From Mobula hypostoma (taxonomy: Eukaryota): a stretch of DNA of 64,000 nucleotides. Below are positions 11,558-25,800 of the stretch, piece by piece. The translations under genes and the position numbers were made by a program. The notes beneath the pieces were generated by a model, which did not search any database, had not been told where the DNA came from, and saw nothing but the letters and a program-made list of their open reading frames with translations. Location: NCBI RefSeq assembly GCF_963921235.1, contig NC_086097.1, positions 224,008,001-224,072,000 of the forward strand, given 5' to 3'. The number at the start of each line of letters is the position of its first letter. Position 1 is the first letter of the stretch.

Positions 11558-12631
11558 CGAGGGGTGATTGATAAGTTCATGGCCTAAGGTAGAAAGAGTC
11601 AATTTTAGAAAACCTAGCACATTTATTTTTCAACACAGTCCTCTCCTACATGCACACTCTTAGTCCAGCGATCGTGGAGCATACGGATCCCTTCTTTGTA
11701 GAAGTGGTCCACAGCAGGGGTGATTGATAATTAGTGACCTAAGGTAGAAGGAGATGAGTTATTAACTTCAAACTTCCTGTATTATCACTCAGAGTTGAAC
11801 TGCATGTGCATGTAATGGGAGCGTCTTGGACCTCCAGGTGGTCCACAGCAGGGGTGATTGATTAAGTTCGTGGCCTAAAGTAGAAGGAGATGAGTTATAC
11901 AGCTGTATGAGTTATAGGCTGAGGGTAGCAGACACCAACAGGATCAACAAACTCATTCGTAAGGCCAGTGATGTCGTGGGGATGGAACTGGACTCTCTGA
12001 CGGTGGTGTCTGAAAAGAGGATGCTGTCCAAGTTGCATGCCATCTTAGACAATGTCTCCCATCCACTACATAATGGACTGGTTGGGCACAGGAGTACATT
12101 CAGCCAGAGACTCATTCCACCAAGATGCAGCACAGAGCATCATAGGAAGTCATTCCTGCCTGTGGCCATCAAATTTTACAACTCCTCCCTTGGAGGGTCA
12201 GACACCCTGAGCCAATAGGCTGGTCCTGGACTTATTTCCTGGCATAATTTACATATTACTATTTAATTATTTATGGTTTTATTACTATTTAATTATTTAT
12301 GGTGCAACTGTAACGAAAACCATTTTCCCCCGGGATCAATAAAGTACTCTGACTATGACTATTACATAAACATGCAGTTTAACTCTTTGAGCGATTATGC
12401 AGAAAGTTTGAAGTTAATAACTCAGCTCCTTCTCCCTTAGGCCCCGAACTTATCAATCACCCCTGCAGTGGACCACTTTCTGGAGGTCCAAGACGCCGAC
12501 TGCTACAAAGAAGGGATCCGTATGCTCCACGACTGCTGGACTAAGTGTGTAAATGTAGGAAAAATAGATGTGCTAGGCTTTCTAAAATTGACTCCTTCTA
12601 CCTTAGGCCACAAACTTATCAATCACCCTCA
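11558..12631. mobile_element. Mariner-derived non-autonomous foldback element with multiple internal TIRs
   Basis: TA|CGAGGGGTGATTGATAAGTTC...AACTTATCAATCACCCTC ends. A mariner C-terminal remnant (YKEGIRMLHDCWTKCVNV) is present in both orientations. Confidence 0.8.
11910..12362 (+). mobile_element. Rex1/Babar-like LINE 3' fragment nested in the mariner element
   Basis: NRINKLIRKASDVVG...ILDNVSHPLH...RKSFLPVAIKFYN, then aataaa and a (gactat)n tail. Confidence 0.8.
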
Positions 12632-13379
12632 TGTGTCCAGTGGCAGTCTTTAGTAATTTTATTAAGGTTGTTCACCAAGAATTGTAGCACTGTGTATACG
12701 GCAGTTATTGTTGGGGACAATGCATTTTTCAGTGGGCATTCTAGGCTCCAGTAGAGTAAGGAGTAAAGCAGGCAGACATGGAATGATGATGAGCACAATC
12801 TCTGCTTAGGTATGTTCAAGTCTTAGGGTCCCATTTAGTACTAGAAAATGATCTTAAAATGGAGAGGCAAACATACAATGTACTCAGTATTCAAGAGGAA
12901 CAGAATTTTGAGTGTTTTTAGATAATATGGCACGTTGTACACTCGTCTCCTAAAGCAGTATGTTAACCAGATGCAGATGGGTTATTGAGAGTGGTTGGTG
13001 CAAAAGGAAAGTTTGCTAATTTCATTGCCTTGTATTTGTTTAAATGGTCAACTGGACGAAGGAAATGAAAAAAGTGACAGCCTAAATATTGCAGTCAATG
13101 GCAAATAAAATCAGCACCAGCTTGCATCTATTCAGACTTCTGCTGGAAGGCATTGATAAGCCACTTCAGCACCATATTCTCAAAGGAACCTGGAAGGTGA
13201 ATGAATGTCAGAAATAACTTTAACTAGTCAAAATGAAGAATTTGTAATGACTGACATGTAATACAAACCAGGAAGTGCTACTGAGAATAGTGTCACTGGT
13301 TAATTTGTTCTGTACCTTACAATATTTAATTAAGGCACTTCAGTTTATTTATTTATGTGTAATCTGTCCGTAGATTTCA

Positions 13380-14165
13380 CATAGGTTACAAAGGTTACAA
13401 CCGGACATTAAAAGATGCAGAACTGGGCTGAGAAGTGACAGGTGGAGTTCAACCCAGATAAGTGTGAAGTGGTTCATTTTGGTAGGTCAGATTTGAAGAC
13501 AGAACATAATATTAATGGTAAGACTCTTGGCAGTGTGGAGGATCTGCGAGATCTTGGGTGCTGTGTCCATAGAACACTCAAAGCTGCTGTGCAGGTTGAC
13601 AGTGTTGTGCAGAAGGCATATGGTATGTTGGCCTTCATTAACCATAGGATTGAATTCAAGAACTGTGAAGAAATTTTACAGCTATATAAGACATAAGTTA
13701 GACCCCACTTGGAGTACTGTGCTCAGTTCTGGTTACCTCACTACAGAAAGGATGTGGAAACTATAGAAAGGGTGCAGAGGAGATTTACAAAGATGTTGCC
13801 TGGATTGGAGGGCGTACCTTATGAGAATAGGATGAGTGGACTTGCCCTTTTCTCCTCGGAGTGACGGAGGATGAAAGGTGACCTGATGTCAGTGCATAAG
13901 ATGATGACAGGCATTGATCGTGTGGATAGCCAGAGACTTTTTCCCAGGGCTGCAAAGGCTAACACAAGGGTGCCTACTTTTAAGGAGCTTGTAAGTAGGT
14001 ACAGGGGGAATAGCAGAGGTAAGTTTTTCACACAGAGAGTGGTGGGTACGTGGAATGCACTGCCAGCGACAGTAATAGAGGCAGATACAATAGGGTCTTT
14101 TAAGAGACTTTTTGATAGGTACATGGAGCTTAGGAAAGTAGAGGGCTATGTGGTAGGGAAATTAG
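13380..14165 (+). mobile_element. CR1 LINE 3' portion
   Basis: MEFNPDKCEVVHFGR...; FFTQRVVGTWNALP. The 3'UTR resumes at ~15021. Confidence 0.9.
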
Positions 14166-15020
14166 AAACATAGAAACGCTACATTACATTACAGGCCCTT
14201 CGGGCTAACCATATAACCTACTCTAGAAGCTGCCTAGAATTTCCCTACTGTATAGCCCTCTATTTTTCTAAGCACCATGTACCTATCTAAGAGTCTCTTA
14301 AAAGACCACCTTCACTGGCAGTGCATTATGTGTACCCACCCCAAATTCACTCAACCTATTCTCATAAGGCACGCTCTCTATTCCTGGCACTATCCTGTAA
14401 ATCTCCTCTGCACTTTCTCTATAGTATCCACATCCTTCCTGTAATGAAGTGTCCAGTATTGAACACAATACTCCGTGGGGTCTAACTGAGGTCTTATATA
14501 GCTGCAAAATTATCTCATAGCTCTTGACCTCAATCCCATGGTTGATGAAGGCCAACATACCCTACGCCTTCTTAACACTGTTAACCTGCGCAGCAGCTTT
14601 GAGTGTCCTATGGACATGGACCCCAAGATCTCGCTGATCCTCCACACTGTCAACAGTCTTACCAGTAATGCTATATTCTGTCTGCAAAATTTGACCTACT
14701 GAAATGAACCACTTCACACTTATCTGGGTTGACCTCCATTTGCCATTTCTCAGCCCAGTTCCGCATCCTATTGATGTTGCACTGTAACCTCTGACAACCC
14801 TCCAGACTATCCACAGCACCCCCAACTTTCGTGTCATCAGCAAACTTACTAACCCATCCTTCTACTTCCTCAGCCAGGTCATTTATAAAATTCACAAAGA
14901 GGAGGGGTCCCAGAACAGATCCCTGCGGAACACCACTGGTTACCATCCTCCATGCAGGATATGAACTATCCACAACCATTCTTTGCCTTCTGTGGTCAAA
15001 CCAAGTCTGGATCCACAAAG
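14166..15020 (-). mobile_element. CR1 LINE 3' portion (internally deleted), inserted in the 3'UTR of the preceding copy
   Basis: [23 protein letters not shown]...SKFADDTK RT motifs. 3' tail at 14166-14300. Confidence 0.9.
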
Positions 15021-16574
15021 CAGTTTCTAGAGTAGGTTAAATGGTCGGCATACTCTATACAATTCAGTGTCCAGTTTTCCATTAACATTTTATTGCAAAT
15101 TTAAACACTGAAGACTATAGGCCCAGTCTGGAAAATGAGACTAGTTTAGTTAAATACTTGGTGGGCCATCATATTCATGCTGGCTAAAAGGCTGTCTCCA
15201 TGCCACAGAATCCTGCCTCAAAGATACTCAAAAAAAGTAAAATAAATTCAAAAAAGCATTCTTTTTAATCTTAAAATCTATATGAATGAAAAGTACATGA
15301 AAAAAGCTCAGATTCCGGTAACTCAAATCATTTGCCAGTAAGTGAAACATCATCACCCTGTTAACATGAGAAGAGAACATTTAAGGCAAGTCTGTGGGTA
15401 TCAGACAAAAAAGTTTCAACAGCAAATCCCTCTGAGGCAGTTGTACCTCAGATTCTGGGAAAACTGAATTCAAAATTCAAGTTTATTCCTCAGATGGACA
15501 CCGAAAAGCATCATCTATATTCACAACCAACACATCCAAGGCTGTGCTGCAGACAGCCTGCAAGCATTGCCACACATTCTGGTGAAAATTTCCACATGTA
15601 ACTACACATGTGGTAAATGGAAATTACTGTTCAATGTTTAATGACGGTCACACAGATTGGGTTATGGTTACTTTATGGCAAAGTCTAGGTCAGCAAATGT
15701 GAATTTCCTTGGCCTGCCATCATTTCACCTCTAACGCATTTTTTTTTAACATGCGGATGGAATTTGTCTCATTTTCTGTTAAATTGCAATGGTGTAGCTG
15801 TTGTTCCTTTTCACATCTTAGGGCGCATTAGGCGGCAGTTTTGCTGTTTCCATAGTATTTGACTGTTTTTTTTCCCCTAGCTCAGCACTCAACCCAGCAT
15901 GGATAGAAAACACGCAAGGAGCTGGCCGGATTTGAACTCGGGACCATTTGCCTCAAAGTCTGGTGGTGATGCCACTACACTTACACCACCAGCTAGCTAT
16001 AATGGTGCAGTTAGCTCTCAGTAAGTACCAAATACAGTTTAGTATTTAGGTTGAAAATTGCCTTTACATTTCAAATTGTTACACTAATACTCCAGCACGC
16101 AAATATAACACTGTTAAAAAGAAGCCTACCTTTTGTGCCAGACTTTAAAGTATGGATTAAATTTGGAAGCTCAATGTCAGTGAAATGGTAAGCTGTAATT
16201 TATGAATAGAGGGGCAGAGTGTACCAATGCCAAACAAATGATTTGTTTCGGACAATAAAAGTAATAAAAAACATTCCAGAACACTATGAAAATCCACTGT
16301 TTAGTTACAGCAATCTAGCTAACTTTAATCATTCATTTTGTGGATAGCATACTACATTTGCTTTACAAGTCACTATTACAAAATTCAGTATAAAAAATAC
16401 TTCTTGATTGCTATTACCATTTTAAGACTTCTGTTCAGACCTCTGACCATGAAAGTCACTTGATAAAATTCACCCCTATTTCTAGTCAGCTGTCAGCGCA
16501 GTTTGTTAAAAAAGAGCTGTGTATTTCAATCATACTTAGAATGTTCCTAACAAGACCATATCTTTAGGTACTTT

Positions 16575-17422
16575 ATAACTGTTGATAATCTCAGATGGTG
16601 ACGAGAATGTGTACAGGAGTGAGATATACCAGCTAGTTGAGTGGTGTTGCAGCAATAACTCTGCACTCAATGTCAGTAAGACCAAAGAATTGACTGTGGA
16701 CTTCAGAAAGGTTAAGACGAGGGAACACACACCAGTCCTCATAGAGGAAAAAGAAGTGGAAAGAGTGAGCCATTTCAAATTTCTGGGTGAAGATATCTCC
16801 GAGGACCTAACTTGGACCCAACACATCAAGACATGACAGCGACTATATTTCATTAGGAGTTTGAGGAGATTTGTATGTCAGCAAAGACACTCGTAAGTTT
16901 CCACAGATGTACCGTGGAGAGCGTTCTAACTGGCTGCATCACCATCTGGTATGGCGGGATACTGCACAGGATCAAAATAAACTGCTGAGAGTTGTAAACT
17001 CAGTCAATTCACCATGGGCACTAGCTTCCATAGTATTCAGGACATCTTCAAGGAGTGGTGCCTGAAAAATGTGGCGTCCATCATTACGAACCCACATCAC
17101 CCAGGTCATGCCCTGTTCTCAATGTTACTACCATGTAGAAGGTACAGAAGCCTAAAGACGCACACACTCAACAATTCAGGAACAGCTGCTTCCCCCGTGC
17201 TTTCTAATTTCTGAATGGTCATTGAACCCGTGAACACTACCTCACTACTTTTTATTTCTATTTTTGCACTACTTATTTGATATAACTATTTAATATATAT
17301 AAATATATACTTACTATAATTTCCATTTTTCTATGATTGTGTATTGCATGGCACCTCTGTCGCAAAGACAACACATTTCACGACATTTGCCAGTGGTATT
17401 AAACCTGATTCGGATTCTGTCA
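16575..17422 (+). mobile_element. Rex1/Babar-like LINE 3' portion
   Basis: YRSEIYQLVEWC..N..LNVSKTKELTVDFRK...FKFLG..ISEDLTW. Tail attaaacctgattcggattctg. Confidence 0.85.
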
Positions 17423-17879
17423 TCCATTTATCTAACTGGCTTCACATTTTATTTCACATTCCTTACACATTAAGCACTCGTGTAAACATTGATCTTTTGC
17501 TAATTTGCAAAGCATTTTTGAGGGAGTAAATGGCTTAGTTCTGATCCTATTTTCATGTGTTCTTCTGTGAAGAGATTTCTCAAGGGGCAGCATTAACTCA
17601 AGTATGAAGCAACAATAATATCTGCATTAGGGCCCTCTTGCAGCCTATGAATACGGGCTTTCAAAAGGTTTAGGTACTTATGGGAGGCTCAATATTCAAG
17701 GTTAGAGTGTGCGGAATCTGGGGTCAAGTAGCAGATTGAATAATAGCTGTTAAAAGAGAGAGAAAAAAGAAGGCAAAGATAGTTTTTCAGAATAGCAGAG
17801 CATGACAAGAGGTGTACCATAGGGACACTTTAAAATATTACTTGAATTTATAAATCAAAACGTGTATTATCAAAATAAA

Positions 17880-18392
17880 TACATTGGCCATTCTATTTGG
17901 TATAGGAGTGGAATCTGGCGTGGTCTTCTGCTGCTGTAGCCCATCCACTTCAAGTTTCGATGTATTGTGCATTCAGAGATGTTCTTCTGCACACCACTGT
18001 TATAACACATGGTTATGTGAGTTACTGACTCCTTCCTGTCAGCTTGAAACAGTCTGGCCATTCTCCTCTGACCTTCCTCATTAACAAGGCATTTTTGCCC
18101 ACAGAACTGCCACTCACTGAATGTTTTTTGTCAAGTTTAGGGACCGCTGTGCATGAAAATCTGTAGAAAACAGCAGCTTCTAAAAATACTCAAACCACCC
18201 TGTCTGGCACCAACAATCATTCCACAGTCAGTCACTTAGATAAAATTTCTTTCTGTTGTTGGTCTGAACAACAACTGAACCTCCTGACCATGTCTGCATG
18301 CTTTTATGCATTGAGTTACTGCATATGATTGGCCGATTAGATATTTGCATTAATGAGCACACAGGTGTACCTCATAAAGTGGCCACCAAATG
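17880..18392 (-). mobile_element. Tc1-derived non-autonomous element
   Basis: Tc1 remnant (NISECTIHRNLKWMGYSSRRP) and TIR-like gtgtacctcataaagtggccac. Same family as 43918-44473. Confidence 0.7.
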
Positions 18393-18944
18393 GAATATGG
18401 TACAAAATGGAAGGCATGGTCAGTACTGAGTAAGACTGTGAAAACAGTATAGGTAAGGAAATACATTTTTTATAAAAGAGGATGCGCATTTGGTAATTAG
18501 GAATAAAAGTTTTTGACTCAAGAACTATGAAGGAGAGAGAGAGATTCTAAACAGAGAAGAAACACAAAGGGATTGACGATTACAGATGTACAAAATACTA
18601 CAAGCAACAACACACACCGACAAAACCACAAGAGAAACAAACCACTAGAATTTTTTTCAGCAAGAAAGGGATTTCGAGAGCAGAGAATTTGTTTACAGTA
18701 CGAAACACCTTGCAGTGTTTGCACTTCACAGTGCAACGCATAGTTCTGGTCTCCATCTTACAAAGAAGATATGGAAAGATGATATCAGGGGTGAGATGGT
18801 ACCATTGTGAAGAAAGGCTCTCTAGGCAGGGGTGCCCTTCTTCAGAAACGACTAAAACACGACCTGCCACCTTTCTTTTAAAATGTTAGGAGGCAGATGT
18901 GGAGATGTTGTTTACATGGAGGAAAAAGAACAATTAGACAAAAC

Positions 18945-19590
18945 AATAAGACATAGAGTAGAATCAGGCAATTTGGCCCATTGAGTCTGCTTCACCATTC
19001 CATCATGGCTGATTTATTAACCCTCTCAACCCATTCTCCTGCCTTCTCGCCATAACATTTGACACCCACATTAATCAAGAACCTATCAACCTCCACCTTA
19101 AACATACCCAATGACTTGACCTGCATAGCCATCTGTGGCAGTGAATTCCACAGGTTCACCACTTACTGGTCAAAGAAGTTTTTCCTCATCTCTGTTCTAA
19201 ATGAATGTCTCTCTATTCTGAAAAAGTGCCCTCCGGTCCTAGACTCCCCCACTATAGGAAACATCCTCTCCACATCCACTTTATTTAGGCCTTTCAATAT
19301 TCAATAGGTTTCATTGAAATCCGCCCCCCCCCCAACTTATTCTTCTAAACTCCAACAAGTATAAGTAAAGTGCCATCAAATGCTCCTCATATGTTAACAT
19401 TTTTGTTTCTGGGATCATTCCTGTGAACCTTCCTGGACCCTCTCAAATACCAGTACGTCTTTTTTTTTAGACAAGGGACCCAAAATTGCTCTCAATACTT
19501 CGTGTGGTCTGACCAATGCCTTATAAAGCCCCAGCATTATATCCTTGCTTTTGTATTCTAGACCTCTCAAAATCAATGCTAACATTGCTT
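18945..19590 (-). mobile_element. CR1 LINE 3' portion, degenerate
   Basis: Reverse complement of the CR1 RT C-terminus and 3'UTR (ggcccattgagtctgc...gaattccacaggttcaccac). Confidence 0.8.
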
Positions 19591-22500
19591 CAGCTCCAGT
19601 TACTTAAGACGGTCTCTAAGGAGCTGCAGCTCGGTGCACTTCGTGCAAATGCAGTTTTCAGGGAGACTGGAGTTCTCCCAAAGTTTCCACATCTCACACA
19701 AGGAACATACTACTACCTCCGGACCCATTCTCAGCGCACTGGCTATGAACAAACAAAAAATAAAACTTACTTAGAACCTCTGCCTGTGCTTGCCCAAGTC
19801 TGTTCCCACCCAAAGCCAAAACAAATTATTATTAATATATGCTACATTATTGGCAATTATCATCAGTTTCTACTTAAAGAAATGTGAGGCTCACTTTCAC
19901 AAATGACAGAAGAATTTAAGAGAAAACCACAAGTACACAAGAGTGAAGAGAAGGATCAATTGACAAGGGAGGGAGGGGGCAAAGTAAACAACATATGGGG
20001 AAGCTCATGTGGAACTTAAACATTTGCATAGGCTAAATGGTCCGTTGTATTTAATTCCAACATTTAACCTTTCGTGGCATCCAGAATTGTACCATAAAAC
20101 TTCATTTCCAATTTGTAAATATTGCACACAACTGCAGTTTCTTTTGTAGTCAAAGACATCCATTTACATAGCAAAGTACCACAGATTTTGTTAAGCTCCT
20201 CAGCAATCCATCCTGCTGACCATTTGCAACAGTGAATGCATTAGATTGCTTTGCTCTCTGCATGTAATCAAGTACGATTCAGATTATATTTCCCTCTCAG
20301 TACTGCTTCTCCTTAAGTTCATAGTAGATTCATTAACAGAGTACACATATGTCACCATGTACTATCTCAAGATTCATTTTCTTGCAGGCATTCACAATAA
20401 AACCAAGATGTACAATAGAATCAATGAAAAACTACAAACAACCAATGTGCAAAAGGCAAACTGTTCAAATACAAAAATAATAGTGAAAATAAAATAATAA
20501 TAATAAATAAATAAATAATACTGAGAACGCAAGTTGCAGCATCCTTGAGAGTAAGACCACAGGTCGTAAAATCAGTTTAGTGTTGGGCTGAGTGAAGTTA
20601 TGAAGTTATCCACGCTAGTTCAGGAAGAGCATAATTTTGCCCCTGCATGCATTGGCATTCACTTCAATCTCTCAGCTAGGTGATCATTTGTCAAGTATGA
20701 ACTTTTATAATTTATAGAAGAGTGCAATTCTCAAGTACAGCACTTTCCTGCCATTTCATTAAAACACAAGCTGACCAAGAATCATAACCAGGACTATTGG
20801 ACTTCACAGCCTGCAGAACACAATGAATACCCATTGCATGTACAAAGAGACCGGCTGGAAATTTAGCCAGAGCCATAAACCTGAGTGGTTTAGGATGGCA
20901 GAATTGCCTGGCATAGTCTAACTCTCAGGCCACAATTAGGAAAAAGTGGTAGTCGAAAAGCCTCAGCACTTCAGATCATTGGCCTGGCTACTATGGGCAT
21001 AAGGTGCTTCCTTAAGTAATGCTAATTACTTCTGCAAGAGCTAGAAGTATACGGGCTCCCACCATCAGTTTCTGCAGCTGGGGTGCGCTATCATGAAACT
21101 ATGGACATGTGGAGCTAATTAGCCAGGAATATTCCCTCTTTCCTGGGTTAACAGACTATTTTTCAACTTTGCCATCCGCAAGTACAAGGCTTGTTCTGCC
21201 TCTTGTGGTGGAGTCCTATTCGTCTTTGGTGATTTAAAGATGGAAACCTGGGAACACAGGGCTCTGCTCCTTTGTCTTTTACTTTCATGTTACTGGCATT
21301 ACAGAATTCTCTCCCCAGGAAACATCAGCCTTGAACCATTTGAAAACACATAATTGAATGTTATATTTAATTAAAATTCACTTTGGAGATTGTCCCGCTC
21401 TTGCAAAGATGTTAACAACGACCATGAGGTGGTGGGTGGATTCAGAATTCTGCATTCCATCAACATCACAGCATATTCACCCTAAAAAAATTTACTAATG
21501 TTTTTGAGAGTATTTATTTGAAAACAGATCAATGAAAAAGATGTTCCCATTTTCAACATGATCTTCATAAAATGTTATGAAAAAGGCATATATTTCCCCT
21601 CAAAGATAATGAAATTGTAAGGCTCTGGCATTTCAGCCTAGCTTTGCCAGAGTTATTTACAATGCAGTTAAATTCTGGCACAGTGCTTGGTGTGCGATAT
21701 CTGGGGTTCGGGAGTGGTTGGCAGAAAAGAAGAAAGCAAAATGACATTCATGTATGCATCTAATGTGGCAGCTTTAAGTGCTTATGCGACCCACTGTGAC
21801 TCAATTTGGAGTGAATATCAAAACATATTTTCTTGGAACAAGGATTGATTCTATAGGGAGTGCATTGCTCATCAATAAAATCTCTAAGTATCTAATATTT
21901 ATCTTGCTTTGATCTGACTTATAACTTGTTATACAGCAAAGAGTTGAAGAAGGAATTCCATTCAAATGTTGGAGCCATCCCAGAATACGGTTTTGCTGCA
22001 CGCTTGGATTTTAGATAAGCTCCAAGCTAGATCAGTAGCTCTCCACAGTAACTAATGCACTGGAATTGATATGATAGATTAATTTTAAAAGATTCTCAAG
22101 CCAAAGTGGGGCTTTGATGCTGAACTGGGATTCATGCCATGAAATGTCAGAGATCTGTCATATGAAGTTGGTCCTCAAAGAGAGATAGCTATTATTGTAT
22201 ACACAAAATAAAGGAAGCACTCATTGAGGATGGTAAAAATGCCACACATTGAAAACACTGCTGCAGTTAAACTATAAAAGTGTTACATTAACAATCACAG
22301 ATAGAAAATTGCTTTTCATATATTCTCAAAAATCAGAAAATTTGCTTGGTACAATGTTTAAACCACATGATACAATACATCTGAGAACTTACAAAAAATT
22401 ATGTGATTGATAAGGACTGATTTGTTGCTGTATTTATTACAGGTAAGCAAGCAAAATATAAGTGCTAATTTTCTACGAACAACGAATGCCAATAACTGTG

Positions 22501-22875
22501 AGAATGAAGCCCACTGTGCAATCCAGGGCTACATTTCAGAGTTCTAACGATTTCCAAACTCATGATCTATAATCGTTATCTTTAATTTTGGTCAAATGAC
22601 ACAGGCCCTTCAGAGACAACAAAAGTTGTACCGTTATGAACTTAAACAGTGACTAAAACGAGGTCAATTGGCCCTGTGAGCCCCCTCTGACATTCGGCGA
22701 GATCATAACAGATTTAAAGTTGTCCTCAGTACTACTTTTCAACTCTCTTCCCAATAACCCTAGACTCCTTTAATGAATATCTGTTGACCTTCACCTTGAA
22801 AATATTCAATGACTCCACCTCTATTGCTTTTGGGAGTTCCAAAAACTCATGATCCTCAGAGACGAAATCCACCTC

Positions 22876-25800
22876 CCGAGGGGACACCGGATTGTGTAGA
22901 GGGAGAGAGCACTTAAAGGAAGCGAGCGGGGCAGTCAACTCCTCTTGTGCGCCACAGTTCTGAAGGAGACATTGGATTGGGTGTAATTAGGAACTTGGTA
23001 AGGACTAATAAAAAGAAGTAAGTTTTAAGCAGAGTGGTCATTGTGTGAGTGGGCCAGTGTTAGAGTAGGGAGTGAGGCTTTGGCTCATCAAGACTTAGAG
23101 GAGATGAGAAGCGAAAGCCATATGTAGATTTTTTTTCCATTACTTATTCTTTATTTCTTATCGCATATTTAGAGCAGTGGGGCTGCCGGACAGGATACTG
23201 GCATGCTCCTCTTGTGGGACATGGGAAGGCAGGTCCCTGATGACTACACCTGCAAGAAGTACACAGACCGGCAGCTTCTAACAGATCATATTAAGGAGGT
23301 GGAGTTGAACTGGATGAACTCCAGATCATTCGGGAGGCTGAGGGGTGGATAGACAGGACATACAGGGAGGTAGTTATATCCAAGGTACAGGACACAGGCA
23401 ACTGAGTGACTGTCAGGAGTGGAAAAGGGATAGGCAGTCAGTGCAGAGTACCCCTATTGCCTTTCCCCTCAACAATAGGTATATTGTTTTGGATACTGTT
23501 TGGGGGAGATGACGTAGCAGAAGAAAGCCAATAACGATCAGGTCTCTGGCACTGAGTCTGGCTCTGTGGCTCAGGAGGGAAGCAAGAAGAAGAGGCAAGC
23601 TGATCAGAGGTTTGTTGGCTAGGTGAATAGAAAGGAGGTTCTGTGGAAGAAAACAAGATTCAGGGATGGTTTGTTGCCTTCCGTGTGCTATGGTCAGGGA
23701 CATCTTGGATCGAGCCCACAGCATTCTTAAGTAGGAGGGTGAGCAGGTAGAGGTTGTGGTCCACATCAGTATCAATGACATAGGTAGGAGAGGTGACGAG
23801 TTCCTGCAAAGTGAGTTCAGGGAGTTAGGTGCTAGGTTAAACGACAGGACGTGTATGGTCAGGACCCATGCCACGAGCTGGTGAGGCCAGAAATAGAAAG
23901 GTCACACAGTGAAGATCATACATGGCTAAGGAGATGGTTCGGGAGGGAGGGCTTCAGAGTTTTGGATCATTGGGCCCTCTTCCAGAGAAAGTGAGACCTG
24001 TACAGAAGGGACAGCTTGCACCTGAACTGGAGGGGGACTAATATCCTAGCAGTAAGGTTTGCTGGTGCTGCAAAGGAGGGTTTAAACTAGAGTTGCAAGG
24101 GGATGGGAACCAGAGTCCCAGAACAGATAGTGGAATGTTTGTGGAGAAACTTACATACAAAGTCAGAAATCAAAAGTGCGAGCATGGTGGGACTAATGTT
24201 CTGAGCAGTGTTTTCAATGCCAGGAGGACTGTAATTAAGGTGGACGAGCTTAGGGCATGGTATTTTGACATTGTAGCCATGAGTGAGACTTTGTTGGAGG
24301 AGGGGCAGGACTGGTAGCTCAATGGTCTGGGGTTCGGTTGTTTTAGACGTGATAAGAGTGGTAGTGATTAAAGGGGGAGGGGTGGCACCACTACTCGGGA
24401 AAATGTCACAACTGTGCTCAGTTGTGACAGGCTGGAGAGATCATCTTATGAGACTTTATGGGTAGAACTAAGGAATAAGAAAGGTATGGCCACTTTAATG
24501 GGATTATATTAAAGACCACTCGACAGTCCGCAGGATTTAGAGAAGCAAATTTGTAGAGAGATTGCAGACTGTTGCAAGAAAGATAAGGTTGTGATAGTAA
24601 ATGTTTTTAACTTTCCACATATTGATTGGGATGCCCATACTGTAAAAGGGCTGGGTGGGAAAAGAGTTTGTCAAATGTATTCAGTAAAGTTTCCTTAATC
24701 AGTACTTAGAGGTCCCAACTGGAGAGAATGAGATACTAGATGTCCTTTCAGGGAATGAGACAGGGCAGGTGACAGAAATGTGTGTAGGGGAACACATTGT
24801 GTCTAGTGATCATAATGCCATTAGTGTCAAGCTAATTATGGAAAAGGATAGGTCTGGTCCTCAGGTTGATGTTCTAAATTGGAGAAAGGCTAAAGTTGAT
24901 GGTATCAGAAAGGATCTGGCAAGTGTGGACTGGGACAGGTTGTTTTCTGGCAAAGTTGTACTTGGTAAGTGGGAGGCCTTCAAAGTGAAATTTTGAAAGT
25001 ACTGAGTTTGTATGTTCCTGACAGAAAAAAAAGACAAGGAGAACCGGTTTAGGGAACCTTGGTTCTTGAGAGATATTGAGGCTCTGGTTAAGAAAAAGAA
25101 GGAGATGCGTAGCTTGTATAAGCAGATAGGAACAAATGAGGTACTTAAGGAACATAAGGAATACAAGAGAACAGTTCAGAAGGAAATCTGGAGGGCAAAA
25201 TGAAGACATGAGGATGCTCTAGCAGACAAGGTGAAGGAGAATCCCAAGAGCTTCTACAGGTATATTAAGAGCAAAAGGATAGCAAGGGACAAAATTGGTC
25301 CCCTGGAAGAGCAGAGTGATAATCTAAGCGTGGAGCCAAAAGAGATGGGGGAAATCTTCAACATTTTTTTTTGCATTTGTATTAACTTGGGAGATAGACA
25401 CAGAGTCTATAGATGTGAGGCAAAGCAGCAGCAAGGTCATGGACCCTATACAGATTACAGAGAAGGAGGTGTTTGCTGTCTTCAGGCAAATTAGGGTGGA
25501 TAAATTGCCAGGGCCTGACAAGGTGCTCCATCGGATTCTGTGGGAGGTTAGTGCCGAAATTGCAGGGGCCCTGGCAGAGGTAGTTGAAATATTTTTATTG
25601 ACAGGTGAGGTACCAGAGGATTGGAGGATAGCTAATGTTGCTCCATTGTTTCAGTAAGGCTCTGAGAATAAGCCAGGAAATTATGGGCCAATGAGACTGA
25701 CATCATTTCTGGGAAAGTTATTGAAAGGTCTTCTAAAGTACTGGATTTGTATTTGGATAGATAGGGGCTGTTTAGGGATAGTCAACATGGCTTTGTGCAC

